Part shown: in pieces, positions 43,988 to 53,898 of the stretch
Layout of the letters: each line of letters opens with the position of its first letter
Position numbering within the stretch: the first letter of the stretch is position 1
Assembly: GCA_036506735.1 (NCBI GenBank)
Contig: DASXRG010000184.1
Coordinates: 1 to 61,263, forward strand
Direction of reading: 5' to 3'
Source of the DNA: Candidatus Binatia bacterium
Lineage (GTDB): Bacteria; Desulfobacterota; Binatia; UBA9968
Length of the DNA: 61,263 nt
Translations under genes and position numbers: made by a program
Notes under the pieces: model-generated
What the model saw: only the letters and a program-made list of their open reading frames with translations
Database searches by the model: none
Told to the model about the DNA's origin: nothing

Positions 43988-45559
43988 CTAGTGTCGAAAA
44001 TGCCTCATCCCGGTGAGCACCATCGCCATGTCGTTCGCATCGGCGACCGCGATGACCTCGGAATCTTTGATCGAGCCGCCGGGCTGAATGACGGCTTTCG
44101 CGCCGGCTTTCGCCGCCTCTTCGACGCCGTCGGGAAACGGAAAAAAAGCGTCCGACGAGACGACCGAGCCGCGCAAATCGAGACCGTGAATTGCCGCCCG
44201 CATCACCGCGAGCTTCACCGAATCGACGCGGCTCATCTGCCCCGCGCCGACGCCCAAGACCTGGTCGGCCGACGTAAACACGATGGCATTGGATTTCACG
44301 TGGCGGCAAACGCGCCAGCCGAAGTCCATCGCTTTCAATTCCGCCTCCGTCGGTTGTCGCTTCGTCGCCACTTTGCAAGTTCGCACGTGGACGGTCCCGG
44401 TATCCCAGTCCTGCACGAGCAGCCCGCCGCGCACCCGGCGCAGATCGTAGCCGGCGACCTCTTTGTCCTTCATGTCCAATTCGAGCAGGCGTATGTTGAG
44501 CAGGCGCTTGACCGACGACAGCACCGCCCTGGCTTCCGGCGTGAACGAAGGCGCGATCACGATCTCGAGAAAAATTTCTTTCATCTCGCTGGCGGTTTCC
44601 TCGTCCACCGGCCGGTTCACCGCGATGACGCCGCCGAAGATCGAGACCGGGTCCGACGCCTTCGCTTTGCGAAACGAGTCGGCGAGAGATTTTTGCGACA
44701 CGGCGACGCCGCACGGGTTGTTGTGCTTGATCGCGACCGTGGCGATGTCGGAAAATTCGAGCACCACCCTGAGAGCCGCGTCGGCGTCGAGAATGTTGTT
44801 ATAGGAAAGCTCTTTTCCCTGGATCTGCCTGGCGCGCGCGAGCGACGGCCCGCGGTTCTCGCCGCTGGAATAAAACGCCGCGCTCTGATGCGGGTTTTCG
44901 CCGTAGCGGAGATCCTGAATCTTGTTGAACTGAAGGGTCAGCGTTTGGCCGAAGCGCGCCGGGCCTTTTTCACCGTCGAGCGCGTCTAAGTAATTGGAAA
45001 CCGCGCCGTCGTAGTGCGCCGTATGGCGAAAGGCCTTCTTCGCCAGCGCGAAGCGCGTCGCGTCGCCCAGCTCGCCCTGCTCGCCGAGCTCGGCCAGCAC
45101 CGATTCGTAATCCGCGGGATCAACGACCACGCCGACGTGGGCGAAATTTTTTGCCGACGCCCGCACCATCGACGGCCCGCCGATGTCGATTTGCTCGACG
45201 ATCTCGTGAAACGGCGCGCCGCGCGCGACCGTGGCCTCGAACGGATAGAGGTTCACGACGACCAGACCGATCGGCGCGATCCCGTGCGCTTTCATCTGCG
45301 CCACGTGCTCGTTGTTTTCCCTGAGCGCGAGAATCCCGCCGTGGATCTTCGGGTGCAGCGTTTTGACCCGCCCGTCCATCATCTCCGGAAAGCCGGTCAC
45401 CTCGGAGACGTCTTTCACCGCGATGTTTTCTTTTCTGAGCAGCGCCGCGGTGCCGCCGGTGGAAATAATTTCGATCCCCAAGGCCGAAAGTCCCCGGGCG
45501 AACTGCGCGATTCCTCCTTTATCGGAGACGCTGATCAAGGCCCTCTCGATCTTGCCCAC
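43988..45559 (-). CDS. purH: Bifunctional AICAR transformylase / IMP cyclohydrolase
   Basis: 523 aa. ALISVSDKGG...STGGTA...VKTLHPKIHGGIL. Confidence 0.95.
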   Translation of the reverse strand: MGKIERALISVSDKGGIAQFARGLSALGIEIISTGGTAALLRKENIAVKDVSEVTGFPEMMDGRVKTLHPKIHGGILALRENNEHVAQMKAHGIAPIGLVVVNLYPFEATVARGAPFHEIVEQIDIGGPSMVRASAKNFAHVGVVVDPADYESVLAELGEQGELGDATRFALAKKAFRHTAHYDGAVSNYLDALDGEKGPARFGQTLTLQFNKIQDLRYGENPHQSAAFYSSGENRGPSLARARQIQGKELSYNNILDADAALRVVLEFSDIATVAIKHNNPCGVAVSQKSLADSFRKAKASDPVSIFGGVIAVNRPVDEETASEMKEIFLEIVIAPSFTPEARAVLSSVKRLLNIRLLELDMKDKEVAGYDLRRVRGGLLVQDWDTGTVHVRTCKVATKRQPTEAELKAMDFGWRVCRHVKSNAIVFTSADQVLGVGAGQMSRVDSVKLAVMRAAIHGLDLRGSVVSSDAFFPFPDGVEEAAKAGAKAVIQPGGSIKDSEVIAVADANDMAMVLTGMRHFRH

Positions 45560-45564
45560 CTTCG

Positions 45565-46716
45565 CTACTCCTCCTTCGAATGTTCTAAATTAAGATAGAA
45601 GCGCGGAACCCGCGCGCTTATCGACGTGAAAATTTCGTAAGAGATGGTTTCCGCCCAGCCGGCCATCTCGTCAGCAGAGATCGTCTCTTCGGCCTGCGGT
45701 CCGAGCAGAACGACTTCGTCTCCCTGACTGACTCCCCGTATATCGGTAACATCTATCATAGTCAAATCCATGCTGATCCTGCCGACCACCGGCGCCCGTT
45801 TGCCGCGCACCAGCACCGCGCCGCGGTTCGACAAGAGCCGGTGATAGCCGTCGGCGTAACCCACCGGAAGGATCGCGATCGAACTCTTTCGCTTGGTCAC
45901 GAACGTGCGGCCGTAACCGACGCTGGCGCGCGCGGGCAATTCCTTCAGCTGCAAAATGGCCGTGCGCCACGATAAAACCGGCTTGAGCTCGACCCGGCGC
46001 GCCATCTCCGGCGCCGGATAGAGACCGTAAAGCATCAGCCCGGGCCGGACCATGGTGCCATGCGAGCCGGGAACGCCGATCACCCCGGCGCTGTTCGCCA
46101 GGTGAATCAAAGGCGGATTGAAACCCGAGCCGCGCAATCGCTCGACCACATGCTCGAAGTTTTTTACCTGCGTTTGCGTGTAGGCTCCGGCGCCGTCTTC
46201 CGCGTGCGCGAGCTGAGAGAAGAGTCCTCCGACGTGCAGCGCCTCCAATTTGCCGACTTCGGACAGCCAGGACTCCAGCTCCGAATGCACAAGTCCGAGC
46301 CGCCCCATCCCGGTATCGACCTTGAGATGGAACTTGAGCATTCGACCGTGCCTCCGCGTGAGCTTTTCGAGCGCGCGCAAGGTCGGCACATCGCTCACGG
46401 CGGGTGTCAAATCGTGGGCAAAAAATTCGTCGAGCTGATCAGGGTAGACGGCGGTCAGTACGAGAATCGGAGCGTGAATTCCGGCTTCTCTGAGCTCGAT
46501 CCCTTCCTCGAGCGTGGCCACCCCGAAGCCGTCGCTTCCCGCCTCAGCCAACTCCGCGGCCGCCTCGCATCCACCGTGACCATAGGCGTCCGCCTTTACG
46601 ATGGAAAGAACCTTTATGCCGGGCCCAACGATGCTTCTTACCTGCTGGAAGTTCCAGCGCAACGCGGCGAGATCGACCAAACAACAGGTGGGACGTCCTT
46701 TGAGTAAACCGCTCAT
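45565..46716 (-). CDS. alr: Alanine racemase
   Basis: 383 aa. The PLP-lysine motif VKADAYGHG is present. Confidence 0.92.
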   Translation of the reverse strand: MSGLLKGRPTCCLVDLAALRWNFQQVRSIVGPGIKVLSIVKADAYGHGGCEAAAELAEAGSDGFGVATLEEGIELREAGIHAPILVLTAVYPDQLDEFFAHDLTPAVSDVPTLRALEKLTRRHGRMLKFHLKVDTGMGRLGLVHSELESWLSEVGKLEALHVGGLFSQLAHAEDGAGAYTQTQVKNFEHVVERLRGSGFNPPLIHLANSAGVIGVPGSHGTMVRPGLMLYGLYPAPEMARRVELKPVLSWRTAILQLKELPARASVGYGRTFVTKRKSSIAILPVGYADGYHRLLSNRGAVLVRGKRAPVVGRISMDLTMIDVTDIRGVSQGDEVVLLGPQAEETISADEMAGWAETISYEIFTSISARVPRFYLNLEHSKEE

Positions 46717-46904
46717 TAAGAGGAAGGTTTTATGCCTTGTACCACCGGCTTAACAAATCTGCCGCGACTTGTAAACCGACGTAACGGACTCGGCGTTTGC
46801 GCGGCTTTATTTTCTCATCCTTCCGTCTCTTTGGTCCAACCGGTCGCGTTTTTTCTCCCTTGACCTCCTGCGTCAATTAAATTAGCTCTATTCGGACCTA
46901 TTAG

Positions 46905-46934
46905 TTAGCAGGAACCCCGGGAGACGGGTATAAT
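46905..46934 (+). promoter_or_regulatory. Candidate promoter for the DGQHR gene (TTAGCA-18-TATAAT)
   Basis: A perfect -10 hexamer lies 22 nt upstream of the ATG, and GAGGGAGGGG lies between as the RBS. Confidence 0.4.
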
Positions 46935-46955
46935 TATCGAGGGAGGGGCGAAATC

Positions 46956-48068
46956 ATGCTGGCAACCAGAATCGTCCAAAAAGAGGGAACGTTTTACTTT
47001 GCCGCCGTAAAGGCCCACGAGCTGCTGGACCGCGTCCGTTTCACCAGCCGCTACTACTTTGAAGGCGAGGAGATCGCGCCGGATGACGCCGGCGACGACG
47101 AGGTCGCGCGCTTCATCTCCGGCATCGAAAAAAACGAAAAGTCGTTCCAGCGCGTCCTCAACCAGAGAAAAATCAAGCAGATCGTCAACTTCTACGAGAC
47201 CGCGGTGAGCCAGCCGCTGATTCCCGGCACGATCCTTTTATTTACCGACGAGAACTTGGGCTTTCGCCGGCAGGACGGCTCCGACAGCGTCGGTTTTCTG
47301 AGCGAGCCGAAAGGCAAGTTTCTCGTCATCGACGGCCAGCACCGCCTCGCGGCGCTCCATTTCTTCACCCAAAAGCACCCGGAAACGGCCAAGCTGCTCG
47401 ACGTCCCGTGCGTGCTCTTCGACGGCAAGAGCGCCGATTTCGCCACCGAGATGTTCGTCATCATCAACTCGACCCACACCCGGATCAACAAATCGCACCT
47501 GGTCGATCTCTACGAGCGCGTCTCCTGGGAAACGCCGGAGAAAAAGCTCGCCGCGAAGGTCGTCAATTTGCTCTACGAAGAGACCGACTCGCCGCTGCGC
47601 TACCGGATCAACCGGCTGGGCGGGCGCAGCCGGCAGGAAAAATGGATCCTGCAGTCGGAGCTTTTCAACGAGCTCTACAAAGTGGTGCTCAGGAATCGCA
47701 AGTTCTTCGACGAGCATTTCCAGTTCCGCTCCGACTACGTTTACGCGCTGGTGCGGGATTATTTGAAGGCGGTGCGCGACGTGATGCATTCGGTCTGGGG
47801 CGACAACGAGCGCTACATGTTCACGCGCGACGTGACCTTGAAGGCGCTCGTCCGCGTGTTCGGCGACATCATCCGCAACCGGAAGATCTTTCAGGCGTGG
47901 GATGAGAAGCGCGACCCGCGGGTGTTCATCGGCGTCATGCACCCGTGGAGCGAACTGGTCAGGGAATTTCGCGCCGAAGGATTCTATGAGCGCTTCCCCG
48001 CCAAGGGCCAGGTCGAGCGCGTCCGGCGCATCCACTTAAAGCTGAGCCAAGCGATCGGGTACAAATAA
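46956..48068 (+). CDS. DGQHR-domain (DndB-like, ParB/Srx superfamily) protein
   Basis: 370 aa with the eponymous motif FLVIDGQHRLAAL, an upstream FQRVLNQRKIKQIVNFY segment and a downstream FVIINSTHTRINKSHLVDL segment. Confidence 0.8.
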   Translation: MLATRIVQKEGTFYFAAVKAHELLDRVRFTSRYYFEGEEIAPDDAGDDEVARFISGIEKNEKSFQRVLNQRKIKQIVNFYETAVSQPLIPGTILLFTDENLGFRRQDGSDSVGFLSEPKGKFLVIDGQHRLAALHFFTQKHPETAKLLDVPCVLFDGKSADFATEMFVIINSTHTRINKSHLVDLYERVSWETPEKKLAAKVVNLLYEETDSPLRYRINRLGGRSRQEKWILQSELFNELYKVVLRNRKFFDEHFQFRSDYVYALVRDYLKAVRDVMHSVWGDNERYMFTRDVTLKALVRVFGDIIRNRKIFQAWDEKRDPRVFIGVMHPWSELVREFRAEGFYERFPAKGQVERVRRIHLKLSQAIGYK

Positions 48069-48135
48069 GGCGAGCGGATAAAGCGCCCACGCGTTACCCA
48101 GGACCACCCGCCTTACGCGCAGAACAGGCAGGCAC

Positions 48136-49143
48136 ATGCGAAGCAGTTTTCCGGTCGTTCCGACCCTTGCCATCCTGTGGATTTTGGCTACCGCCCCACT
48201 TCTTCCCGCCCAGGATATCGAGAAGGCGCGCCAGGAGGGGGTCGTCGTCTGGTACACCAATCTCAACGTCGACGCGAGCCAGGGCATCGCGCAGGCGTTC
48301 GAAAAGAAATTTTCTCCGCTCAAGGTCAGGCTTTATCGCGCCGGGAACTCGGCGCTCGGCGCCCGGATTATGTCCGAAGCGCAGGCCGGACGGACCGAGA
48401 ACGACGTCACCGACATGACGCTCACCTTTATCGGCGGCCTGCTGCAAAAAAATCTGGTCGTGCCGTACAACTCGCCGGAGCGGCGTTTTTTCCGCGACGA
48501 GTTCAAAGACAAGGAAAGCTATTGGACCGGCACCACCGTGCAGGCATCGGTCATCGGCTACAACACGCGGCTCGTTGCGCGCCAGGAGGCGCCGAAATCC
48601 TACGACGATCTTCTTCTGCCGCGCTGGCGCGGCCGCAAAATAACCATGGAGGCCGAGGCTTACGAATGGTTTCAGGCGATGCTCGCGCTGAAGGGGAGAG
48701 AGAAAACGCTGGAATTCATAAAAAATCTGCGCGCGCAGCAGCCCGCCTTCAATCGCGGCCGCACGCTGCAGGCCCAGCTGGTGGCCGCCGGCGAGTACGA
48801 GGTCGCGCTGGAGCTTTTCAACTATCGCGTCGAGGTGCTGAAAAATCAGGGCGCGCCGATCGACTGGGTGGCGCCGAATCCCATGGTCGTCAATCCGTCG
48901 GTCGTATCCTTGGCGGCGCGCGCGCCGCACCCCAACGCGGGAAAAATATTTATCGATTTTCTGCTGTCCGCCGAAAACGCGGCCCTCATCCGCCAGGCCG
49001 GCCGGATTCCCGCCCGCTCCGACGTCGAGCCCAATCCGCCGCGGTTGCTCAAGGGATTGCCCGTGTGGGTGCCGGACCCGCAGGACGACATCAACAAAGT
49101 CATCGCGCTGTATAACGAAGCATTCGGCATCGGGCGGAAGTAG
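48136..49143 (+). CDS. Periplasmic solute-binding protein (SBP paralog 3, most divergent)
   Basis: 335 aa. Signal peptide MRSSFPVVPTLAILWILATAPLLPAQD. APHPNAGKIFIDFLLS motif. Confidence 0.8.
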   Translation: MRSSFPVVPTLAILWILATAPLLPAQDIEKARQEGVVVWYTNLNVDASQGIAQAFEKKFSPLKVRLYRAGNSALGARIMSEAQAGRTENDVTDMTLTFIGGLLQKNLVVPYNSPERRFFRDEFKDKESYWTGTTVQASVIGYNTRLVARQEAPKSYDDLLLPRWRGRKITMEAEAYEWFQAMLALKGREKTLEFIKNLRAQQPAFNRGRTLQAQLVAAGEYEVALELFNYRVEVLKNQGAPIDWVAPNPMVVNPSVVSLAARAPHPNAGKIFIDFLLSAENAALIRQAGRIPARSDVEPNPPRLLKGLPVWVPDPQDDINKVIALYNEAFGIGRK

Positions 49144-49151
49144 GACCTCAA

Positions 49152-50348
49152 ATGACGTTGGTCCTCAACACCGAAGAGGTCGTGCAGGCTCTGGACGCAA
49201 ACGGCTATATCGAAGCGATGGAAGAGGCTTTTACCGAGCTGGGCAACGGCGCTGCCATCAATTCGCCGCGCACCGAGACCGGCATTCCGCTGCTGAGATA
49301 CGGGACCGAAGAAGAAATCAAAAAGAAAGCCAGAGCGCTTTTGCGCGATCTTCCGGAAGACGCCGATGCCCATCAATCGACGACGTGGATGCGGGCCGCC
49401 AAAAAGACCGCAGAGCTGAACTACCGTCTTAAGACGATCGTCGGCGGCTACCCCAAATGCGGCATCATGGCGCTGAAGATCGACTCGACGACCGACACGA
49501 ATCCGTCCCTCAACGAGATGAAACGCAGCGTCAAGCTTCCTCTGGGCGCGGGCTGGCGCTACACGGGAATGATGCTGCTCTTCGACATCGTCACCGGCGA
49601 GCTGCAAGCGATTCTCCCGCTCGGGCCGCTGCAGAGAAACCGCGTGGCCGCGACATCGGCTCTCGGAATTAAATATCTGGCGCGCAAGGACGCGAGCACT
49701 CTGGGACTTTTCGGCACCGGCTTTCAGGCCGAGGGACAACTCGCTTACGCGGCCCAGGTCCGGAAACTTACGAAGATCAAAGTTTACAGCCCCAATTCCG
49801 AGCATCGCAGGTCCTTCGCTGAAAAAATGGAAAAGGCGGCCGGCATCGAGGTGATCCCGGTCGAAAAGCCCGAAGCCGTCTGCCGCGGCGCCGATATCGT
49901 GGCGAGCGCCACGACTTCTCTCACGCCGGTGTTTCAGACGCGCTGGCTCGACGAGGGCACCCACCTCGGCAGCATCAACATCGTCGAAGCCGACCGCGCC
50001 AGCTTTACTCGCTCCGATCTCGTGGTGGTCAACGCGCGGCCGTTCGCCGGCGGCACAAGCGATCTCGTCCGCGATTACGTCATGGGCAAACGCATGGACA
50101 CGGTGGGAAGCAACATCAATAAACAATCGAAGAAATTAAATTGGCGGTCGATGCGCGAACTGGGCGAATTGCTGACGGGAAAAATTAAAGGTCGGAAGAA
50201 CGACGGAGAGATCACCTTTCACTGCAACAACATCGGACTCGGCGTTCAGCACGCCGCCACCGGATCGCGCATCCTCGCCAACGCCCGGCGCCTGGGTCTG
50301 GGCAAAGAAATCCCCACCGATTGGTTCTTGCAGAAAGAGCACACATGA
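49152..50348 (+). CDS. Ornithine cyclodeaminase/mu-crystallin family protein (long form, paralog 2)
   Basis: 398 aa. LGLFGTGFQAEGQLAY Rossmann segment. The C-terminal GLGKEIPTDWFLQ matches the ORF at 34804. Confidence 0.8.
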   Translation: MTLVLNTEEVVQALDANGYIEAMEEAFTELGNGAAINSPRTETGIPLLRYGTEEEIKKKARALLRDLPEDADAHQSTTWMRAAKKTAELNYRLKTIVGGYPKCGIMALKIDSTTDTNPSLNEMKRSVKLPLGAGWRYTGMMLLFDIVTGELQAILPLGPLQRNRVAATSALGIKYLARKDASTLGLFGTGFQAEGQLAYAAQVRKLTKIKVYSPNSEHRRSFAEKMEKAAGIEVIPVEKPEAVCRGADIVASATTSLTPVFQTRWLDEGTHLGSINIVEADRASFTRSDLVVVNARPFAGGTSDLVRDYVMGKRMDTVGSNINKQSKKLNWRSMRELGELLTGKIKGRKNDGEITFHCNNIGLGVQHAATGSRILANARRLGLGKEIPTDWFLQKEHT

Positions 50349-50370
50349 AGCTGGGGCTGGTAGGCGTCTA

Positions 50371-51480
50371 TCATTTCCCCGCCTTCTTCAGCGCCTCCTC
50401 GACGATCTTCCGGCCCGGCGTCAGATCGTCGTAGTCGGCAAGATTCGTGAAAATATAATCCCCTTCTTCCTGCGGCACGCGGTTTTTCGCGTCCGTCAGC
50501 ATGTCTTTCGGAATATCCGTTCTGAGCGAGTTGCGATCGACGTACTTCTGCCAGGCCAACTGCCCCTGACGCGCGAGAAACCAGTTGATGAAAACCCGCG
50601 CGGCATTGGGATGGGGCGCGCGGTTGATGAGCGCGAGGCAGCCCGCGCCGGTGGCTAGATGAGCGCCCTCGGCCCTGAGGGAGGTCAGCTCATCGACCGG
50701 CAGTCCCTGTTTCCGCGCGACGTCCACTTCGCGGCTGGCAAAAAGCGCCAGCGCGTACTTTCCGGTCGCGAGCCAATCCATCACCTGGCGCCGGTCCGCG
50801 GCGATCGCGATGTCCATCTCGCCGAAGAGTTTTTGCAGAAACTTCGGCCCGAGCTTGGGGTTGTAGTAGAGAAAGCGCATGTCGTTGCTCGCGCCGCCGG
50901 GAAGGCGCGGGTCGTAGGCGGCGATCTTGCCTTTCCACTTGGGGTTGGTCAGGTCCCAGAACGAGCGCAGCTCGTCCGGCTTGACGAGCTTGGTGTTATA
51001 CGTGACGACGTCGTTGATGACGGTGCCGGCGGCGAGCATGACGTATTGCCCTTCGCGGTCGGCGAAGTGAAATTTCTTCTTGAACCAGAGCGATTCGTCC
51101 GTGACTTCGGGAAGAATCAACGCCGAGCGAATCGGATCGAGCGCTTTGGCCGGGACCAAAACCTGCGTCGGCGAAGTGGTGCCGCCGTTGAAGACGTCGG
51201 CCAGATATTTCTCCGCTCTCCGCTCCGCCAGCACGCGGTTGGCAAAGTCGCGCGCGCCGATCGGCACAAGGTTCAGGCGGATGTCGGGATAAGCTTTGGA
51301 AAACTCCCTCACGGCGTCCTGGTTGTCGGTTCCGGGCTCGACGCCGACCATCACCTCTTTTTCCGCCTTGGCTCCTTTGACGATCTTGTCCCATTCGGCC
51401 TGCCAATTTTTCGACTGCGCTTGCGCAACGCCGGTCGGCGCCAGTAAAAACAAAAGGAATACGAAGAGGACTCGCATCAC
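50371..51480 (-). CDS. Periplasmic solute-binding protein (SBP paralog 4)
   Basis: 369 aa. Signal peptide MMRVLFVFLLFLLAPTGVAQA. APHPNAARVFINWFLARQGQ. Confidence 0.8.
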   Translation of the reverse strand: MMRVLFVFLLFLLAPTGVAQAQSKNWQAEWDKIVKGAKAEKEVMVGVEPGTDNQDAVREFSKAYPDIRLNLVPIGARDFANRVLAERRAEKYLADVFNGGTTSPTQVLVPAKALDPIRSALILPEVTDESLWFKKKFHFADREGQYVMLAAGTVINDVVTYNTKLVKPDELRSFWDLTNPKWKGKIAAYDPRLPGGASNDMRFLYYNPKLGPKFLQKLFGEMDIAIAADRRQVMDWLATGKYALALFASREVDVARKQGLPVDELTSLRAEGAHLATGAGCLALINRAPHPNAARVFINWFLARQGQLAWQKYVDRNSLRTDIPKDMLTDAKNRVPQEEGDYIFTNLADYDDLTPGRKIVEEALKKAGK

Positions 51481-51528
51481 GCTACCTCCAGCGACCTGCG
51501 GCCGGTTTTCACCGGAGCACCGCCACGG

Positions 51529-52653
51529 TCAGTTTTTTTTCTCCGCCAGGGTTTCTTTAATAACCTGCAGCGCAGGAGCGGGGTCTAAAAAATCCTGCTC
51601 GTCTACGTCCAGATAGCGCACGCCTTCCGCGCGCCGGTCCGCGGCGGGAATGTAATCTTTGGCAACGTCGATCCGGAGCGAGTCGACTGCGTTGCGGGCC
51701 TGAAACTGGACGCGCTGGTAGGCCTCTTGTCCCTCGCGCGAGAGAAACCAGTTGATGAATACCCTGGCCGCGTTGGGATGCGGCGCGCGGTTGAGCAGCG
51801 CGATGTAACCCACGCGCGAAGAGAGGCCGACGCCTTCCTGCAGGGCGATCTTCAACGGCTCAACCGGCAATCCCTTCTCTTGCAGCTCTTCCGGGCCTTG
51901 GACGAAAAAAGCTATGGAGAATTTTCCGCTGGCGAGCCAGTCCAACGCCAAATGATTATCGCGAAAGAACGTCGCCTCCATCTCGCCGTAGAGCTTGCGC
52001 AGGTACTTGGCGCCCATGTCCGGGTGGTAATAAAAAAACCGCGCCTGCGTCGATCCCGGACCGCCCGCGCGGAGATCCTGCACGGCGATCTTTCCCTTCC
52101 ACTTCGAGTGAAGCAGGTCCCAGTAGGAGCGGAACTCCTTGGCGTTCACCAGGTTCGGATTGTAGGCGATCGAGCCGTAGTCGGGGCTCTTGGCGAAGGC
52201 GAAGATGTGGCCGCGCTCGGCGTCGGCATAAATTTGCGCCCCCCTCCACCATTTGGAAGAATCCACCACTTCGGGCAGCGCCAGGGCCGATTTGATCGGA
52301 TCGAAGACCTTGGCCCGGTGGAGCACCTGCATCGTGGCGATGCCGGCGATGTAGACGTCGGGAATATATTTCTCGCCTCTTCGTTCGGCCAGGATGCGCT
52401 GCATGAGCTGCGTGCCCATCCCTTCCACGGCGGTCACCTTGATCTCCGGATAGGCCTTCTGGAAAATCCCGGCATCGAGAATCAGCGGCGCGCCCCAATG
52501 ATAGACGGTGAGCTGGCCTTCTTTTTTCGCCGCCTGAATGGTTTTTTCCCAATCCGTTTTCCAATCCCCTCTGGATTCGGCGGCGTGGGCGGCAGGAGGA
52601 TAGATGAAAAGAAAAAGGGAGCAGAGGAACGGCAAAGACTTCCAGCTCAACAT
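51529..52653 (-). CDS. Periplasmic solute-binding protein (SBP paralog 5)
   Basis: 374 aa. A signal-like N-terminus and APHPNAARVFINWFLSREGQ. Confidence 0.8.
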   Translation of the reverse strand: MLSWKSLPFLCSLFLFIYPPAAHAAESRGDWKTDWEKTIQAAKKEGQLTVYHWGAPLILDAGIFQKAYPEIKVTAVEGMGTQLMQRILAERRGEKYIPDVYIAGIATMQVLHRAKVFDPIKSALALPEVVDSSKWWRGAQIYADAERGHIFAFAKSPDYGSIAYNPNLVNAKEFRSYWDLLHSKWKGKIAVQDLRAGGPGSTQARFFYYHPDMGAKYLRKLYGEMEATFFRDNHLALDWLASGKFSIAFFVQGPEELQEKGLPVEPLKIALQEGVGLSSRVGYIALLNRAPHPNAARVFINWFLSREGQEAYQRVQFQARNAVDSLRIDVAKDYIPAADRRAEGVRYLDVDEQDFLDPAPALQVIKETLAEKKN

Positions 52654-52657
52654 CGTC

Positions 52658-53863
52658 TTAGGCGGCCGTCGAGGTGCGCTTGAGGTCCGCGATCTCAGGT
52701 ACCGAATCTTTCAAACGAAAAAACGCGATCGCGTTGCCAGCCAGCATCGCGTAGCGCTCGTCCTCGGGAACGCCGGTGAAAGTCTCGTCGATCACCTTGC
52801 GCGAGTGCGGCCAATCGCCCGTGGCGTGGGCGAAGTCGCTGCCCCAGAGCAGCGTCTTGACGCCGATGTCGTGGCGCAGCCGCACGCCGTGCGGGTCCTT
52901 CATGAAGCCCCAGAGATTGTATTGCCGGAGATATTCGCTCGGCTTTTTTTTCAGCGGCTCGAGTCCCCACTGCCGATAGGCCCAGTGGCGATTGCGCTCG
53001 TAAGTATCGTCGATCTGCGCGAGACAGTAAGGAATCCAGCCGATCTGCGTTTCCGCCCAGTAGACGCGGAGATCGGGAAAGCGATCGAACACGCCCGCAA
53101 ACGCGAGCTGCATCGGCGCGAGCGCGTTGTCGCTGGCAAAGCGGATCATCAAGCTCACCGGATCGCGCCCCGGAACCTGGCGCGCCGGTCCTTTATTATA
53201 GCGAAATACCGGGCCTTCCTTGCCGAATCTCGTCGTGCCGCCGTTGGTGTGCGCGGTCACCGGCATCTTGAGACTCAGCGCAGCTTCCCAGAAGCGGTCG
53301 TCCTCCGCGGTCGGGAAAGTTTTGCCGCCGGGAAATCTGTACAAGCAGACGCCTTTCAACCCGGCGCGCGCGCAGTATTCCATCTCCGCGACCGCATCGT
53401 CGATGCCGGTATCGGGAATCAAACCCATCGCGATCAGCCGGTCCGGCGCGTAGGCGCAGTACTGCTCCGCGAGCCAGCCGTTGTAAGCGTGGATCATCGC
53501 CTTGTACGGCTCGTCATCGGTGATGCCGCGCCAGGAATTCATGTAGACCGGATGCGTGAAGAGAATTTCGCCATCGACGCCGTCCATGTCCTGCTCGCGG
53601 AGCCGCTGCTCGGGCGTTCCAGTCCCCGGACCGTCGTAGCTGATGCCGTGGAGATCGTGCTGATCGTAGGAGACGCCGGTGACTTGCAGTCCCGGCGAAT
53701 GGGGCCGGCGGTTCTCGACCACGAAAGCGTCGTCGCCGCTCGCCATTTTGACCCGGCGCGGCGCGCGCTCGCGCCAGCGCGCGGGCACGCGCTGGGTCCA
53801 GCGCTCGGGTGGAATGTCGAGGTGAGAGTCCCCGGAGATCATTTGCACTTTGCGCATAACCAC
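52658..53863 (-). CDS. Amidohydrolase_2 family protein (paralog A)
   Basis: 401 aa. MISGDSHLDIPPERW metal-binding N-terminus. Collinear with the ORF at 57418. Confidence 0.85.
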   Translation of the reverse strand: MVMRKVQMISGDSHLDIPPERWTQRVPARWRERAPRRVKMASGDDAFVVENRRPHSPGLQVTGVSYDQHDLHGISYDGPGTGTPEQRLREQDMDGVDGEILFTHPVYMNSWRGITDDEPYKAMIHAYNGWLAEQYCAYAPDRLIAMGLIPDTGIDDAVAEMEYCARAGLKGVCLYRFPGGKTFPTAEDDRFWEAALSLKMPVTAHTNGGTTRFGKEGPVFRYNKGPARQVPGRDPVSLMIRFASDNALAPMQLAFAGVFDRFPDLRVYWAETQIGWIPYCLAQIDDTYERNRHWAYRQWGLEPLKKKPSEYLRQYNLWGFMKDPHGVRLRHDIGVKTLLWGSDFAHATGDWPHSRKVIDETFTGVPEDERYAMLAGNAIAFFRLKDSVPEIADLKRTSTAA

Positions 53864-53898
53864 TCCTAAAAAGACGGGGGCGAAGATGCACCTGTCAT

